NCBI GenBank assembly: GCA_041906765.1
Contig: JAYRIP010000004.1
Location: 270-64,269 of the forward strand
From: Candidatus Saccharimonadales bacterium
Lineage (GTDB): Bacteria > Patescibacteriota > Saccharimonadia > Saccharimonadales > JAYRRP01
Reading direction: 5' to 3'
Length of the DNA: 64,000 nucleotides
The notes below the pieces were generated by a model that did not search any database, was not told where the DNA came from, and was given only the letters and a program-made list of their open reading frames with translations. The translations under genes and the position numbers were made by a program. Shown here piece after piece: positions 36,230 to 47,427 of the stretch (position 1 is the first letter of the stretch; the number at the start of each line of letters is the position of its first letter).

Positions 36230-36660
36230 TGTCGAATTTTTCGGTGGCGCCGAATTTCGGCAACTTTTAGCCTTGTTGCATGGAGATCTGCGAGCTGCAC
36301 AGCGCGGCTTAGCTCTTCTTTACCTTTAGCTGTTTGCTGCAACTGCCGCGCCCGCTCCAGTGCCTGTCGGGCTTCACGTTCGTCTACTTCATCAATATGG
36401 TCAGCCTCGTCAACTAGTAAGCGGACTAGATTATCGAGTATTTCGATAACTCCACCATTGCTCGCGTAGTAGATTAACTTATCATCACTGTCAGTAGATT
36501 TTCGTCTAATTGCAATTACACCGGTGCTGGCAATACTTACTAAAGGTATGTGATGGGGAAAGACAGCGATCTGGCCAAGCGGCGTCGGCAGCAAGACTTC
36601 ATAAACTTCCTCACCAAACTTGACGCCATTCATAGTCACAAGTTCAAACCTTAACATCAT
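36226..36660 (-). CDS. atpC: F1 ATP synthase epsilon subunit
   Basis: MMLRFELVTMNGVKFGEEVYEVLLPTPLGQIAVFPHHIPL is a typical epsilon beta-sandwich start, with a helical C-terminus. Start at ATGATG 36660. The upstream part of the track ORF overlaps another frame. Confidence 0.88.
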   Translation of the reverse strand: MMLRFELVTMNGVKFGEEVYEVLLPTPLGQIAVFPHHIPLVSIASTGVIAIRRKSTDSDDKLIYYASNGGVIEILDNLVRLLVDEADHIDEVDEREARQALERARQLQQTAKGKEELSRAVQLADLHATRLKVAEIRRHRKIRH

Positions 36661-36664
36661 CACA

Positions 36665-36900
36665 TCAATCAACCTGATCCGATGCCTCAGTTTGGTTACC
36701 TGAGTGCACCTCATAAAGCACGCAGGCCGATTGCAGTATAGCCCGGGCCATTTCAACAGGCTGGGCAGATAATTCTCTCAACCAATCTATATTTACTTCA
36801 GTACATTCAATAGCGCTATTAATAATATTCCGCGCAAATTCCACTGGCGCATTCGCGAGCGCACCAAGAGGAAATTTGTCGGCAGATTGCTGCTGCTCCA

Positions 36901-36901
<1 letters not shown>
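36665..36901 (-). CDS. Hypothetical 78-aa ORF inserted between atpD and atpC
   Basis: Its ATG overlaps the atpD stop (TAATG at 36899-36903). Its TGA (36665-36667) lies 4 nt before the atpC ATG. Helical-looking sequence MEQQQSADKFPLGALANAPVEFARNIINSAIE... No family recognised. Confidence 0.5.
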
Positions 36902-38331
<1,430 letters not shown>

Positions 38332-39198
38332 TCATTTTATCGCCTCGGCACCACTGGTAATCTCTGCAAGTTCCTGGGTGATGGAAGCTTGACGAGCCGT
38401 ATTGAATGCCAGCGTCAAATCATCTATAAGTTCTGTGGCATTTTCGGTTGCGTTCTTCATTGCCATCATGCGCATAGAATGTTCACTGGCACCAGCTTCC
38501 AGAAACGCCTGATTGAGCTGTGCTTCTACTAATCGCGCGGTAACATTATCAAGGACCTGTTCAGCTGAAGGCTCAAAAGTCGCTCTTTCTAGATCCGGTG
38601 GAATATCAATCGCTTCAAAGGCGGCCGGCAAAAGGCGTTCGCAACGCACAACTTGCCGTATACTTGATAAATAATCGGTAAAAATAATATCGACGGCATC
38701 AACACGCTTCTTTGTGTAATTTTGCAGCACAAGCTGTAGGATGGGCCGAATATCATTAGCAGTGGGGTGGTCGGGAAAATTCTGATACACCGCCTCGATT
38801 TCGACCCCCTTCACACGCGCTGCCAATTTTGCGCCTTGCTTGCCTACCACAACCAGACGGGTTTTTACGTCTGACGTTTTGTCATGCAATATTTCCTGCA
38901 TTGCATATTTCACAATATTGCCGTTATACGCACCGGCGAGCCCTCGGTCACTGGTAATAATGACTAGTAGACGGGTTTTTAGGGGTCGGTGCACAAACAA
39001 TGCATGAGTTGATACATCAGTGAGCTCCCTCAGTCGTGTCAGAATGGCTCTGGCTAAATTCCGATATTCGCGTGAGCGGAGACTAAGCGCCTGAGCGCGA
39101 CGCATTTTGCTGGCAGCTACGAGCTCCATGGCCTTCGTGATCTGTCTCGTGTTCTTGACGCTACCGATCCGCCGTTTTAATTGCTGCGTACTTGCCAC
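38332..39198 (-). CDS. atpG: F1 ATP synthase gamma subunit
   Basis: N-terminal LKRRIGSVKNTRQITKAMELVAASKMR and C-terminal ITQELAEITSGAEA. Confidence 0.95.
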   Translation of the reverse strand: MASTQQLKRRIGSVKNTRQITKAMELVAASKMRRAQALSLRSREYRNLARAILTRLRELTDVSTHALFVHRPLKTRLLVIITSDRGLAGAYNGNIVKYAMQEILHDKTSDVKTRLVVVGKQGAKLAARVKGVEIEAVYQNFPDHPTANDIRPILQLVLQNYTKKRVDAVDIIFTDYLSSIRQVVRCERLLPAAFEAIDIPPDLERATFEPSAEQVLDNVTARLVEAQLNQAFLEAGASEHSMRMMAMKNATENATELIDDLTLAFNTARQASITQELAEITSGAEAIK

Positions 39199-39200
39199 TC

Positions 39201-40748
39201 TTATGCCTCCGCCTTTTTCTGAGCATAGCTCCCGGCGATATTATTAGCTGTCTTGAGTATGGTTTTCTGTATTTCCTGCGTCGGCTTTTCACCTTTTTCT
39301 AGTGTACTCATCGCTGGTCCATGTTCAGTTTTGAGCTGGTGCAAGAGATTCTCCTGGGCATGCTTGATGTCTCCTAATGCTACCTTATCAAAACAGCCCT
39401 CCGTAGCGGCTAACAACAAAGCGGTTTGTTGCCATATGCTAAGCGGTTGATACTGTGGCTGTTTCAGCAATTCAGTCAAGCGTTGGCCACGTTCAATTCG
39501 CTGCTTGGTCTCCTCATCCAAATCAGTAGAAAATTGTGCGAAAGCTGCCAGCTCGCGAAATTGGGCAAGGTCCAGCCGCAAGCTGCCTGCCACACTTTTG
39601 ATTGCTTTGGTTTGTGCTGAGCCACCAACCCGGGACACCGATAATCCAACTGAAATAGCTGGGCGAATACCTTGGTAGAACAGACTGGTCTCCATAAAAA
39701 TCTGACCGTCTGTAATAGAGATAACATTGGTTGGGATATAAGCGCTGATGTCACCGGCCTGTGTTTCAATAATTGGTAAAGCGGTCAGACTGCCGCCACC
39801 AAGTTTGTCATTTAGTTTAGCGGCACGTTCGAGTAAACGCGAATGCAGGTAAAAGACATCACCCGGATAAGCTTCTCGGCCAGGTGGTCGGCGAAGCAAT
39901 AACGACATTTGCCGATAAGCTGCCGCGTGTTTGGTCAGATCATCATAAATAATTAAACAATGCTCTCCGCGGTCCCGGAAATATTCACCCATGGCCGTAC
40001 CTGCATAAGGGGCCAAATATTGCAGGCTGGCGGGAGCAGCAGCAGAGGTTACGACCACTATCGTCTGATCCATTACTCCTTCGCGCTTTAGTCTGTCTAT
40101 AAGCCTGGCTATCTTGCTTAACTTTTGCCCAACTGCCACATAAATATTAATTACACCCGACTTCTGCTTGCGCTGGTTAATCATCGTATCAACCGCAACA
40201 GCCGTTTTACCTGTTTGACGATCACCGATTATTAGTTCCCGCTGGCCCCGTCCAATCGGCACCATGGCATCAATTGCTACAATGCCGGTCATGAGTGGCT
40301 CATGAACGCTGCGACGATCCAACACCCCTGGTGCTGGTTTTTCAACTTCACTGGTTTGGGTGGTCCGTAACACTCCCCGGTCATCTAAGGGGCGCCCTAA
40401 GGGGTCTACTACGCGTCCGACTAACTCGGGGCCAACCGGAACTGATAACACTTTTCCAGTCAAATGTACTTTTGCGCCCGCCTTTATCTCTGTCTCTTCA
40501 CCCAGTAATACCGCTCCAATTTCATCAGGGGTCAGATTAAGCGCAAAAGCTGCTACAGAAGTACCATTTTCACTATCAATCTCCAGCATCTCGTTATAGC
40601 CGCAATTTCTTAATCCATATATCCAAATAGTGCCGTCACCAACGCGCGTTACAATACCCGTTTGCTCAATCTGGGATGATTTTTTTAGTGTCTCGATAGC
40701 CGAGCGGATCTCAGCGGACAAAGTTTGGAGAGGTATCTCGTTTTGCAC
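39201..40748 (-). CDS. atpA: F1 ATP synthase alpha subunit
   Basis: Walker A GDRQTGKT, with YDDLTKHA and [21 protein letters not shown] motifs. 515 aa. Confidence 0.97.
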   Translation of the reverse strand: MQNEIPLQTLSAEIRSAIETLKKSSQIEQTGIVTRVGDGTIWIYGLRNCGYNEMLEIDSENGTSVAAFALNLTPDEIGAVLLGEETEIKAGAKVHLTGKVLSVPVGPELVGRVVDPLGRPLDDRGVLRTTQTSEVEKPAPGVLDRRSVHEPLMTGIVAIDAMVPIGRGQRELIIGDRQTGKTAVAVDTMINQRKQKSGVINIYVAVGQKLSKIARLIDRLKREGVMDQTIVVVTSAAAPASLQYLAPYAGTAMGEYFRDRGEHCLIIYDDLTKHAAAYRQMSLLLRRPPGREAYPGDVFYLHSRLLERAAKLNDKLGGGSLTALPIIETQAGDISAYIPTNVISITDGQIFMETSLFYQGIRPAISVGLSVSRVGGSAQTKAIKSVAGSLRLDLAQFRELAAFAQFSTDLDEETKQRIERGQRLTELLKQPQYQPLSIWQQTALLLAATEGCFDKVALGDIKHAQENLLHQLKTEHGPAMSTLEKGEKPTQEIQKTILKTANNIAGSYAQKKAEA

Positions 40749-40762
40749 TTGCTTCCTTTGCT

Positions 40763-41167
40763 TTAAGTATTAACATTGACAGATCGTGACAACTGCTGCA
40801 ACCGGGCAGCAATTGTATGTTCCCAGAGTAGCTCATTACTCTCGATCCGAGCACCACCGATTGCTCGCGGGTCACGTTGCATGCTGAAAATTATTTGTTT
40901 CGCATTCTTCACTGTGCGCGCCACCACACCCCGTAACAACTCAACAGTGGATACCGGTAAAGAAAAGGCCGTGGTAACACGAAAATCATAAGTTCCTCGT
41001 TCTTGCCTAAGTTGCTCTACGTTTCTAAGCACCGCATCCACTTCGGCAGAACGACGCTCCTCAATAAGATAAGCTGCTAGTCCATGAGCAACCCGTCCGG
41101 TATCAACACCTTCGCTTAGCAGGTTATCAACAACTACTGCAATATCACGAATAGAAACAGATCTCAT
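40763..41167 (-). CDS. atpH: F1 ATP synthase delta (OSCP) subunit, short form
   Basis: Position between atpF and atpA. The C-terminal OSCP-like pattern is [28 protein letters not shown]. At 134 aa it is shorter than typical delta subunits. Confidence 0.75.
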   Translation of the reverse strand: MRSVSIRDIAVVVDNLLSEGVDTGRVAHGLAAYLIEERRSAEVDAVLRNVEQLRQERGTYDFRVTTAFSLPVSTVELLRGVVARTVKNAKQIIFSMQRDPRAIGGARIESNELLWEHTIAARLQQLSRSVNVNT

Positions 41168-41718
41168 TAACGGGAAACCTCCTTAACGGCCGATTCTATC
41201 AACTGACGGTCGCGTTCACCGTCTAATTTTTCAGCCAGCACGGCGGCAGTCGCTTCTGCTACAAGCTGCAAGGTTTCCTTTTCAAGTTGCCGCCTTGCAC
41301 CAGCCAAATCCTCTTCAATTCGACGTGACGCGTCCGCAAACATTTGTTCACTTTTGTGTCGAGCAGCTTCCTCGGCTTCTTTCAACAAGACACCTGCTTC
41401 GTGATGTCCGGCAGTAATAATCTTGTCAGCTTCAAGCCGGGCTTTATGAAGGACCTTTTCTACTTTTGCATCAAGCGAAGCTTTTTGGGCTGCCATTTCC
41501 TGGCCTAGTTGTACTCCGTCATCTATCGTCTGCCGTCTTTTCTCCAGCGTCGCTACAATCTTATCGAGTGCAAATTTCTTTAACAAAAAGAAAACCACTA
41601 AAAAGGTGACTATTTGCAGCAATAAGCCCTTAAGGTCAACACCAAGTGCGCCAATGCCACCTGGTTCCGCCTGTTCTGCGCTGAAAATGTGACTGCTGAA
41701 CAAAAATTGGAATAGCAC
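41167..41718 (-). CDS. atpF: Fo ATP synthase subunit b
   Basis: Single N-terminal TM followed by a long charged helix. Operon position fits. GTG start. Confidence 0.85.
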   Translation of the reverse strand: MLFQFLFSSHIFSAEQAEPGGIGALGVDLKGLLLQIVTFLVVFFLLKKFALDKIVATLEKRRQTIDDGVQLGQEMAAQKASLDAKVEKVLHKARLEADKIITAGHHEAGVLLKEAEEAARHKSEQMFADASRRIEEDLAGARRQLEKETLQLVAEATAAVLAEKLDGERDRQLIESAVKEVSR

Positions 41719-41738
41719 TATAAATTATCACTCATAAA

Positions 41739-41987
41739 TTAGCCGATAGTAAAGGTGACGACCAGTACGTAAATGGCAATCGCCTCAACCAATGCTGCCG
41801 AAATCAACAGAATCGGTAATATTCGTCCGGCTACTTCCGGATTGCGGCCAATCGCGCGCATCACGTTGCTACCGATCAGTCCCAAGCTGAGGGCAGGCAT
41901 AATAGTGCCAAGCGCAATGGTCATGCCTTTAATAAAATTTGGGTCAGCAAGGGGTGATGAACTTGCCTCTGCCAGAATGTGAAACAT
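41739..41987 (-). CDS. atpE: Fo ATP synthase subunit c
   Basis: 82-aa hairpin proteolipid with the loop GRNPE and a carboxylate in helix 2 (LVEAIAIY). Confidence 0.92.
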   Translation of the reverse strand: MFHILAEASSSPLADPNFIKGMTIALGTIMPALSLGLIGSNVMRAIGRNPEVAGRILPILLISAALVEAIAIYVLVVTFTIG

Positions 41988-42023
41988 AATATGTTTCTCC
42001 TTTATTTAATTAATTATTATCAA

Positions 42024-42863
42024 TCATCCGTTACCTGACGTTGCAGCCGCAGGCGCAGCCTGGACAGCAATGCTACTGGAATGATCTGATACTGCTTCTG
42101 ATTCCTCATCATGATGGCCAACTGCTAAAGTCAGATAGACAATAACCAACATAGTGAAGACAAATGCCTGGATAAAGCCAACGAAAAGCTCCATCACAAT
42201 AAAGGGCAGTGTTGCTGCCGGCGAGCCAAAACTCGTTATGGCGGATAATACCACTAGAAGCACCTCTCCGGCAAAAATATTGCCAAACAGCCTTAAGGCC
42301 AAGCTCGCCATACGGGTAAACTCACCCAACATTTCAAGTAACCCTACAAAGAAGTTAATCGGATTCCACGGCTTATCGCTAAAGTAATGACGCAGGTGAC
42401 CTCGAGGCCCAAGCTCTCTAAGTGCATAAACTTGAATGATGACAATAGCGCTAATAGAAAGCGCCAGTGTACCCGTGAGATCTGCCGTCCACGCCCTAAA
42501 CACCGGCACCCCGTTATATTTAATGGTTCCCACACCAGGTAATAAACCAAACCAGTTATTAAATAAAATAAAAGCGAATAAGGTAATCAAAAATGGGCCA
42601 TACTTAGCAGCCTTTTTTTTGTCATGCAGGGTATTGCCAGCTAATCCAAGCACTAGCTCGCAGATAAGTTCCATAAGGGTAACACGCACATTGCCGGCTT
42701 GAATCCGAATACGTCGGGAAGCCCAGACAAACATCAGTATAAGCACTGTACTCACCAGCCAACCAAGTAGCATGGAATTTGTGATTTTAATGCCGCCCAC
42801 AGTAAATACTGGCTCAGCATGTAGCACAATATGAAACTGACTATTGGCAAATAGTGATATCAT
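42024..42863 (-). CDS. atpB: Fo ATP synthase subunit a
   Basis: Polytopic, with the conserved SLALRLFGNIFAGE motif. Confidence 0.93.
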   Translation of the reverse strand: MISLFANSQFHIVLHAEPVFTVGGIKITNSMLLGWLVSTVLILMFVWASRRIRIQAGNVRVTLMELICELVLGLAGNTLHDKKKAAKYGPFLITLFAFILFNNWFGLLPGVGTIKYNGVPVFRAWTADLTGTLALSISAIVIIQVYALRELGPRGHLRHYFSDKPWNPINFFVGLLEMLGEFTRMASLALRLFGNIFAGEVLLVVLSAITSFGSPAATLPFIVMELFVGFIQAFVFTMLVIVYLTLAVGHHDEESEAVSDHSSSIAVQAAPAAATSGNG

Positions 42864-43165
42864 ACGTCGTTCCGTTTATTTGATTTTTTTGGCTTACGGA
42901 AGAAGTCAGGATACGCGCTTTTTATCTGCACAAATATCAGACTAGTCGATACCAACAGCGCCAAAAAAAAGCCAATCAGCGCTAAAAGAGGCCGAGTTCC
43001 TAATCGTCTATCCAAGTATATGCCCAAATATGACAATAAAATGATAGGGAGGGCCACCCGCCATGTAGTGTCGAGAAATTGCAGGCCGATAGTCCAGCCA
43101 TCAATGGCAGGTTCCCGGTTGTTTTTACTCCCAGTCGTCGTCTTACTGGCAACGGCTTTCTTCAT
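42860..43165 (-). CDS. AtpZ/AtpI-like small membrane protein at head of the atp operon
   Basis: 101 aa with two TM segments. 4-nt overlap with the atpB start. Confidence 0.7.
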   Translation of the reverse strand: MKKAVASKTTTGSKNNREPAIDGWTIGLQFLDTTWRVALPIILLSYLGIYLDRRLGTRPLLALIGFFLALLVSTSLIFVQIKSAYPDFFRKPKKSNKRNDV

Positions 43166-43266
43166 CCGGCAATGATTGTAGCAGGTTACAGAGGTCGGCT
43201 CAAGTATTTCATCAGTTCTAGTGTCACTGCTTGCGACTATTGGGCAGTTTTGCCATACTAATTTCC

Positions 43267-43497
43267 GTGATTAAGGTGTACACTTCTCCGGCTTGCGGTT
43301 ACTGCCACATGGTCAAGCACTATCTGGACAATAAAAAGGTGGCCTACCAAGAAATCGATATTACCAAAGATGCGGCTGCTTCTTACTGGGTTATATCCCA
43401 CATTGGCCAAGCAGTGACACCAGTAATTGAAGTTGATGGCACGATAATAGTAGGATTTGACCGTGAAAAACTCGACCTTGCTCTTCGTGGACAGTAA
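43267..43497 (+). CDS. Glutaredoxin/NrdH-like thioredoxin-fold protein
   Basis: IKVYTSPACGYCHMVKHYL...TPVIEVDG.IIVGFD has a CxxC active site. GTG 43267 is chosen as the start. The track ORF begins at 43231. Confidence 0.85.
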   Translation: MIKVYTSPACGYCHMVKHYLDNKKVAYQEIDITKDAAASYWVISHIGQAVTPVIEVDGTIIVGFDREKLDLALRGQ

Positions 43498-43565
43498 GGC
43501 ACACGCATAGCAGATATTTGCCTCAATACCTCTAAATCTTTTATAATGTAGTTACTGGAGGTGTT

Positions 43566-44045
43566 ATGGAACAAATGCCCACTGCGCCGCAACAAGAAAA
43601 CGGACCTTATTTGACCTATGATTTCGCTGCACCTGCTGAGATTCAAACTATCCATGACATAGAAACCCGCATCAACGACGACCCGGCAATATGGAAACTT
43701 GCCATTAAAGCTTACGAGTTTTATGGAGCTGATGCGGTGACACAACAACCCCATCTAGCGAAAGTTATGGGCTTGTCGGGTGTCATTGAGACAATCGACG
43801 ACGTGTTTAAATCGGATCTCGATCACGAATTCGGCTTTGACGACGCCACTATGCAGACAATTGACTCCGACCAACGCCTGACTCAAAATAAAAGGCTCTT
43901 AAACGAACAAGTCCGTATCGGTAATGATAAAGGGATCCGACAAATTCGTTTACAAAACCGGATTATCTCTATGGGAATCTATATCCGCAGAGTCAAACAA
44001 ACCCAACACCTGGCCCAGACAGCAGTAAGCACAGTCGCCGAATAG
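43566..44045 (+). CDS. Hypothetical protein (159 aa)
   Basis: TATAAT and GGAGG lie upstream. No family recognised. Confidence 0.55.
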   Translation: MEQMPTAPQQENGPYLTYDFAAPAEIQTIHDIETRINDDPAIWKLAIKAYEFYGADAVTQQPHLAKVMGLSGVIETIDDVFKSDLDHEFGFDDATMQTIDSDQRLTQNKRLLNEQVRIGNDKGIRQIRLQNRIISMGIYIRRVKQTQHLAQTAVSTVAE

Positions 44046-44084
44046 TACCGCTATCTCTGCTAGGTGCTACACTAATCTACAGGT

Positions 44085-44654
44085 ATGGCGTTCGAGGATT
44101 ACAAGACAAAACCATCAGTCGTCGTGGTGTTTACTGGTGACGGCAAAGGCAAAACGAGTGCCGGCCTAGGCTTATTGGCTCGCGCCTTAGGTAATCGCCA
44201 CCGTGTCGCGTTTATTCAGTTCATAAAAAACTGGGGAGTTGGCGAACACGTATTTCTGCGTGATATTGCTGCTATCTATAAAGACAACCTGTATTTTTAC
44301 AGGGGAGGGAAGGGCTTCTGGCAAGCCGGCGAACTTAGCGAGCCTCACATCAGCGAAAAGCAACATCGTACAGCCGCCGACCAAACTTATCAAGAAGCGT
44401 TTTCCCTATGCCATAGCGGTAATTATGACTTGGTGATTTGTGACGAGATCAATAACGCGGTCCATGACGGATTGCTAACTGTTGGCGACTTGGGAAAATT
44501 AATAGACAAACGCGCCCCTTCAACCAGCCTTTGCCTCACGGGCAGAAATTTCCCGCCCATATTACGAAAAAAGGCTGATATCGTCACCACTATGACAAAA
44601 ACCAAGCATCATTTCGATGATAAATACTTAGCCAATCGCGGCATTGATTTTTAA
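44085..44654 (+). CDS. cobO: Cob(I)yrinic acid a,c-diamide adenosyltransferase (CobA/CobO/BtuR type)
   Basis: VVVFTGDGKGKTSAGLGLLARALG..RVAFIQFIK P-loop pattern and DEIN...L motif. 189 aa. Confidence 0.85.
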   Translation: MAFEDYKTKPSVVVVFTGDGKGKTSAGLGLLARALGNRHRVAFIQFIKNWGVGEHVFLRDIAAIYKDNLYFYRGGKGFWQAGELSEPHISEKQHRTAADQTYQEAFSLCHSGNYDLVICDEINNAVHDGLLTVGDLGKLIDKRAPSTSLCLTGRNFPPILRKKADIVTTMTKTKHHFDDKYLANRGIDF

Positions 44655-44670
44655 CAAACATCCCTGTAAA

Positions 44671-44708
44671 TTAGCACTCTTGACATGTGAGCGCTAATTT
44701 TTTAGAGT
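44671..44708 (+). promoter_or_regulatory. CIRCE-like HrcA operator with embedded -35 and downstream -10, upstream of second hsp20
   Basis: TTAGCACTC-N9-GAGCGCTAA at 44671-44697 has one mismatch. The spacer carries TTGACA (44680-44685), then N17, then TAGAGT (44703-44708). Confidence 0.8.
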
Positions 44709-44774
44709 AGAAGTACGAGGCGATTCGCCTTCGTCTATGTAACAAGTAATTTAATCTAAAAACAGGAGGGCATT

Positions 44775-45224
44775 ATGGCACTTATAAGATTTGATCCATT
44801 CGAGGAAATACAAGCATTGCAAAGAGAGTTTTTTGGCAATGACTTACTTTCAGCTACAAGAACCCCGGTCCAATTGCCGGCTACTGACGTTTATACAAAA
44901 GACAACCAACTTGTCGTGGAGGCCCATCTGCCGCATTACGACCAAAAAGATGTGGAGGTAAACGTCGATCGTGGTGTACTGGAAATTCGCGCTGAAAAAC
45001 ATGAGAAAGACGAAGACAAAGATAAGAAATATGTGTTACGCGAAAGTTCGTCTAGTTTTTATCGAAGAATGCGTCTGCCGGAACATGCTGACACTAACAA
45101 GATAGAGGCTCACATGGATAGCGGCATACTAAAGGTTACTATTCCTTTCAAGCAATTAGCTACTCCGAAGAAGATTGCGATTGGCAGCGGCAAATCATCA
45201 CGCACTACAAAAAAGAAGTCTTAA
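44775..45224 (+). CDS. hsp20: Small heat-shock protein, Hsp20/alpha-crystallin family
   Basis: 149 aa. DVYTKDNQLVVEAHLPHY...GILKVTIP. SD AGGAGGG upstream. Confidence 0.93.
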   Translation: MALIRFDPFEEIQALQREFFGNDLLSATRTPVQLPATDVYTKDNQLVVEAHLPHYDQKDVEVNVDRGVLEIRAEKHEKDEDKDKKYVLRESSSSFYRRMRLPEHADTNKIEAHMDSGILKVTIPFKQLATPKKIAIGSGKSSRTTKKKS

Positions 45225-45298
45225 AAGGATTACGGTTCCTGTAGCAATAGATGCTTTAAAAGCTATGCTATACCATAATTTTGTGATAAAATAAATAC

Positions 45299-45910
45299 AT
45301 GGACGAAAAAGAATCCCATATTTATCTTGTGCCAGATGTAGCCTCTCAACCAGTAGAAGGCGAAGAAAGACATGTGAGGCAAGCGTATGTGTCGCGGCAT
45401 CCTGCCGCCCAAACCGGTGCAGTGAAAGCAGCCGCCGAGAGACTTATTGGCATGCATTCTGGTTCTTATATACAAGAACCAGAAGACGCTGTTCAGGCTG
45501 GGGTAGAACAACACTATAGTGATCGTCAGACGTTTGGTGATACTGCGGAAAACTTTAGAGATGCATCAATACTTTTTGGTGCGTTTCAGGAAGCGGTAAA
45601 TGAGCGTCTTTACAACTTGGAACGTACGGAGCAACCACAAGTAAACCAAACTGATATCGAGGAAGAAATAATAATGAGAGTTGCGTATGGTAAGTTGGAT
45701 GATGTTGAACGTGAAGTTCTGACCGCAATCTTCAATGGATTGTCCGTCAAGAAAACGGCGGAAAGTTTGCAAGTAAGTGAAGATGGAGTACCTCACCTCT
45801 ATAATAGCGCTATGCAAAAGATAGCAGCTGAACTACAGAATAATGATAGTAGTGATTACTCTAACGTAGCTTACTTACTGACCGCACCCGACCATGACCA
45901 ACAAGATTAA
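45299..45910 (+). CDS. Hypothetical protein with C-terminal sigma-70 region 4 / LuxR-type HTH
   Basis: EREVLTAIFNGLSVKKTAESLQVSEDGVPHLYNSAMQKIA resembles a region-4 HTH. The N-terminal 130 aa are unassigned. Confidence 0.6.
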   Translation: MDEKESHIYLVPDVASQPVEGEERHVRQAYVSRHPAAQTGAVKAAAERLIGMHSGSYIQEPEDAVQAGVEQHYSDRQTFGDTAENFRDASILFGAFQEAVNERLYNLERTEQPQVNQTDIEEEIIMRVAYGKLDDVEREVLTAIFNGLSVKKTAESLQVSEDGVPHLYNSAMQKIAAELQNNDSSDYSNVAYLLTAPDHDQQD

Positions 45911-45925
45911 GGATAGCTTTGCGGG

Positions 45926-46555
45926 ATGAGACGACGCATTATCGGCACCCTGACCTTTATCATTCTTGTGGGGCTTCTTGCGGCTGCTCTTACTGTCATT
46001 CCCAAACAATCAAGCCGATTATGGCAAACGATACATCCATCCTCGTCGCCGAGTTCTCCAACCAACGAAAGTAACGACCCTAGTGATGCTACTGATAAAC
46101 CCGTTCCTCCGGGTTACTATCGTGTCACCACTTTTTACGACGGCGACACCATTGCGGTGGACATGGACGGAAAAGAGGAGAAAGTGCGATTTATTGGCGT
46201 TGACACTCCTGAGACGCATGACCCTCGTAAAAATGTCCAGTGCTATGGGCAGATTGCCGCCGATTTTACCAAGAAACTTATCGGCAATAACCCGGTCAGA
46301 CTGGAAGCCGATCCACAAAACACAAATCGAGATCGCTACAATCGCCTCTTGCGTTATGCGTATCTGCCAAATGGTGCTCTCGTTAACGCTGAGATAATTA
46401 AACAGGGGTACGGGTTTGCCTACATATATTTCCCGTTTGAACAAAAGGACACTTTTAAGCTGTACGAACAGGAAGCACGACAAGAAAAGCTGGGACTATG
46501 GGGTAGTTGTCAAATCACTACCAATGCATCTGGCCAGAGCTCAGCAGCAAATTGA
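45926..46555 (+). CDS. Membrane-anchored thermonuclease (SNase/micrococcal nuclease-like)
   Basis: N-terminal TM, then DGDTIAV...VRFIGVDTPET...RYNRLLRYAYL...NAEIIKQGYGFAY. Confidence 0.88.
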   Translation: MRRRIIGTLTFIILVGLLAAALTVIPKQSSRLWQTIHPSSSPSSPTNESNDPSDATDKPVPPGYYRVTTFYDGDTIAVDMDGKEEKVRFIGVDTPETHDPRKNVQCYGQIAADFTKKLIGNNPVRLEADPQNTNRDRYNRLLRYAYLPNGALVNAEIIKQGYGFAYIYFPFEQKDTFKLYEQEARQEKLGLWGSCQITTNASGQSSAAN

Positions 46556-46557
46556 AC

Positions 46558-47400
46558 CTAGTGCATAGGGTTTTTCCGCGGCGCATTCCGTCCTCGCAGC
46601 AAATGACGGACTGATCGGGTGCCAGTGCGGTCATCATATGATTGCCGCAAAGGCCAAAGCACCACATAGCCAATTGAGTAGATAGCACTCGCCATCGCGC
46701 TTCCCAAAGGACGCATATCATGAAGGCGGTAGGACATCTTATATGACTTCATATAGTTGATAAAGTTGCGCGGCGAATCATCATATCGTCGCGAGGACAT
46801 ACCAGCTCGCATATCCCGGTTATACAATATGCGAAGATGGTGGCGGTGCAGATGAATTGCGATATCTAAATCTTCAAAAATGCGCTTGTCACTACAGAGC
46901 TCACCGCGTATTTGCTGCCAAGCCGAACGGCGAATAGCCATATTGGTACCGAAAAGCCAGGGAAAATCCTCCGGCAGTTTGGATATCGTCGTCCGTAAAA
47001 AATGGTCCAAACGGTAATTCTGTGGCGAGAAGGGCATGTCATACCAATAGGTCGGTCCTGTAGCAGCCGCTACCTTGGGATCGGCAAAAGTATTTTTGAC
47101 CACGCCACACCATTCGGGCGGTAGGATGCTATCTGCGTCTATTCGACCAATTATCGCGCCCTTTGCGGCATTAAAACCCCGGTTGCGGGCATAGGCCACA
47201 CCCTGAGTCGGCTCTCGCAATATGCGCACAAACGGGTACTGCTTAGCGATGGCCATGCTGTTGTCGCAGGAATTATTATCTACGAGCAACACTTCATCCG
47301 GCATAATTGTTTGGGCACCTATTGCTTCCAAACAAGCCCTTAGGTGGTGTTCCTCGTTATAAACTGGTATAACTAAACTTAAGCTTAATTGATCAGACAT
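46558..47400 (-). CDS. Family 2 glycosyltransferase
   Basis: LSLVIPVYNEEHHL...LLVDNNSCDNS...RIDADS. 280 aa. Confidence 0.88.
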   Translation of the reverse strand: MSDQLSLSLVIPVYNEEHHLRACLEAIGAQTIMPDEVLLVDNNSCDNSMAIAKQYPFVRILREPTQGVAYARNRGFNAAKGAIIGRIDADSILPPEWCGVVKNTFADPKVAAATGPTYWYDMPFSPQNYRLDHFLRTTISKLPEDFPWLFGTNMAIRRSAWQQIRGELCSDKRIFEDLDIAIHLHRHHLRILYNRDMRAGMSSRRYDDSPRNFINYMKSYKMSYRLHDMRPLGSAMASAIYSIGYVVLWPLRQSYDDRTGTRSVRHLLRGRNAPRKNPMH

Positions 47401-47427
47401 AGTAGTACGAATCTATTCCTATTATAA

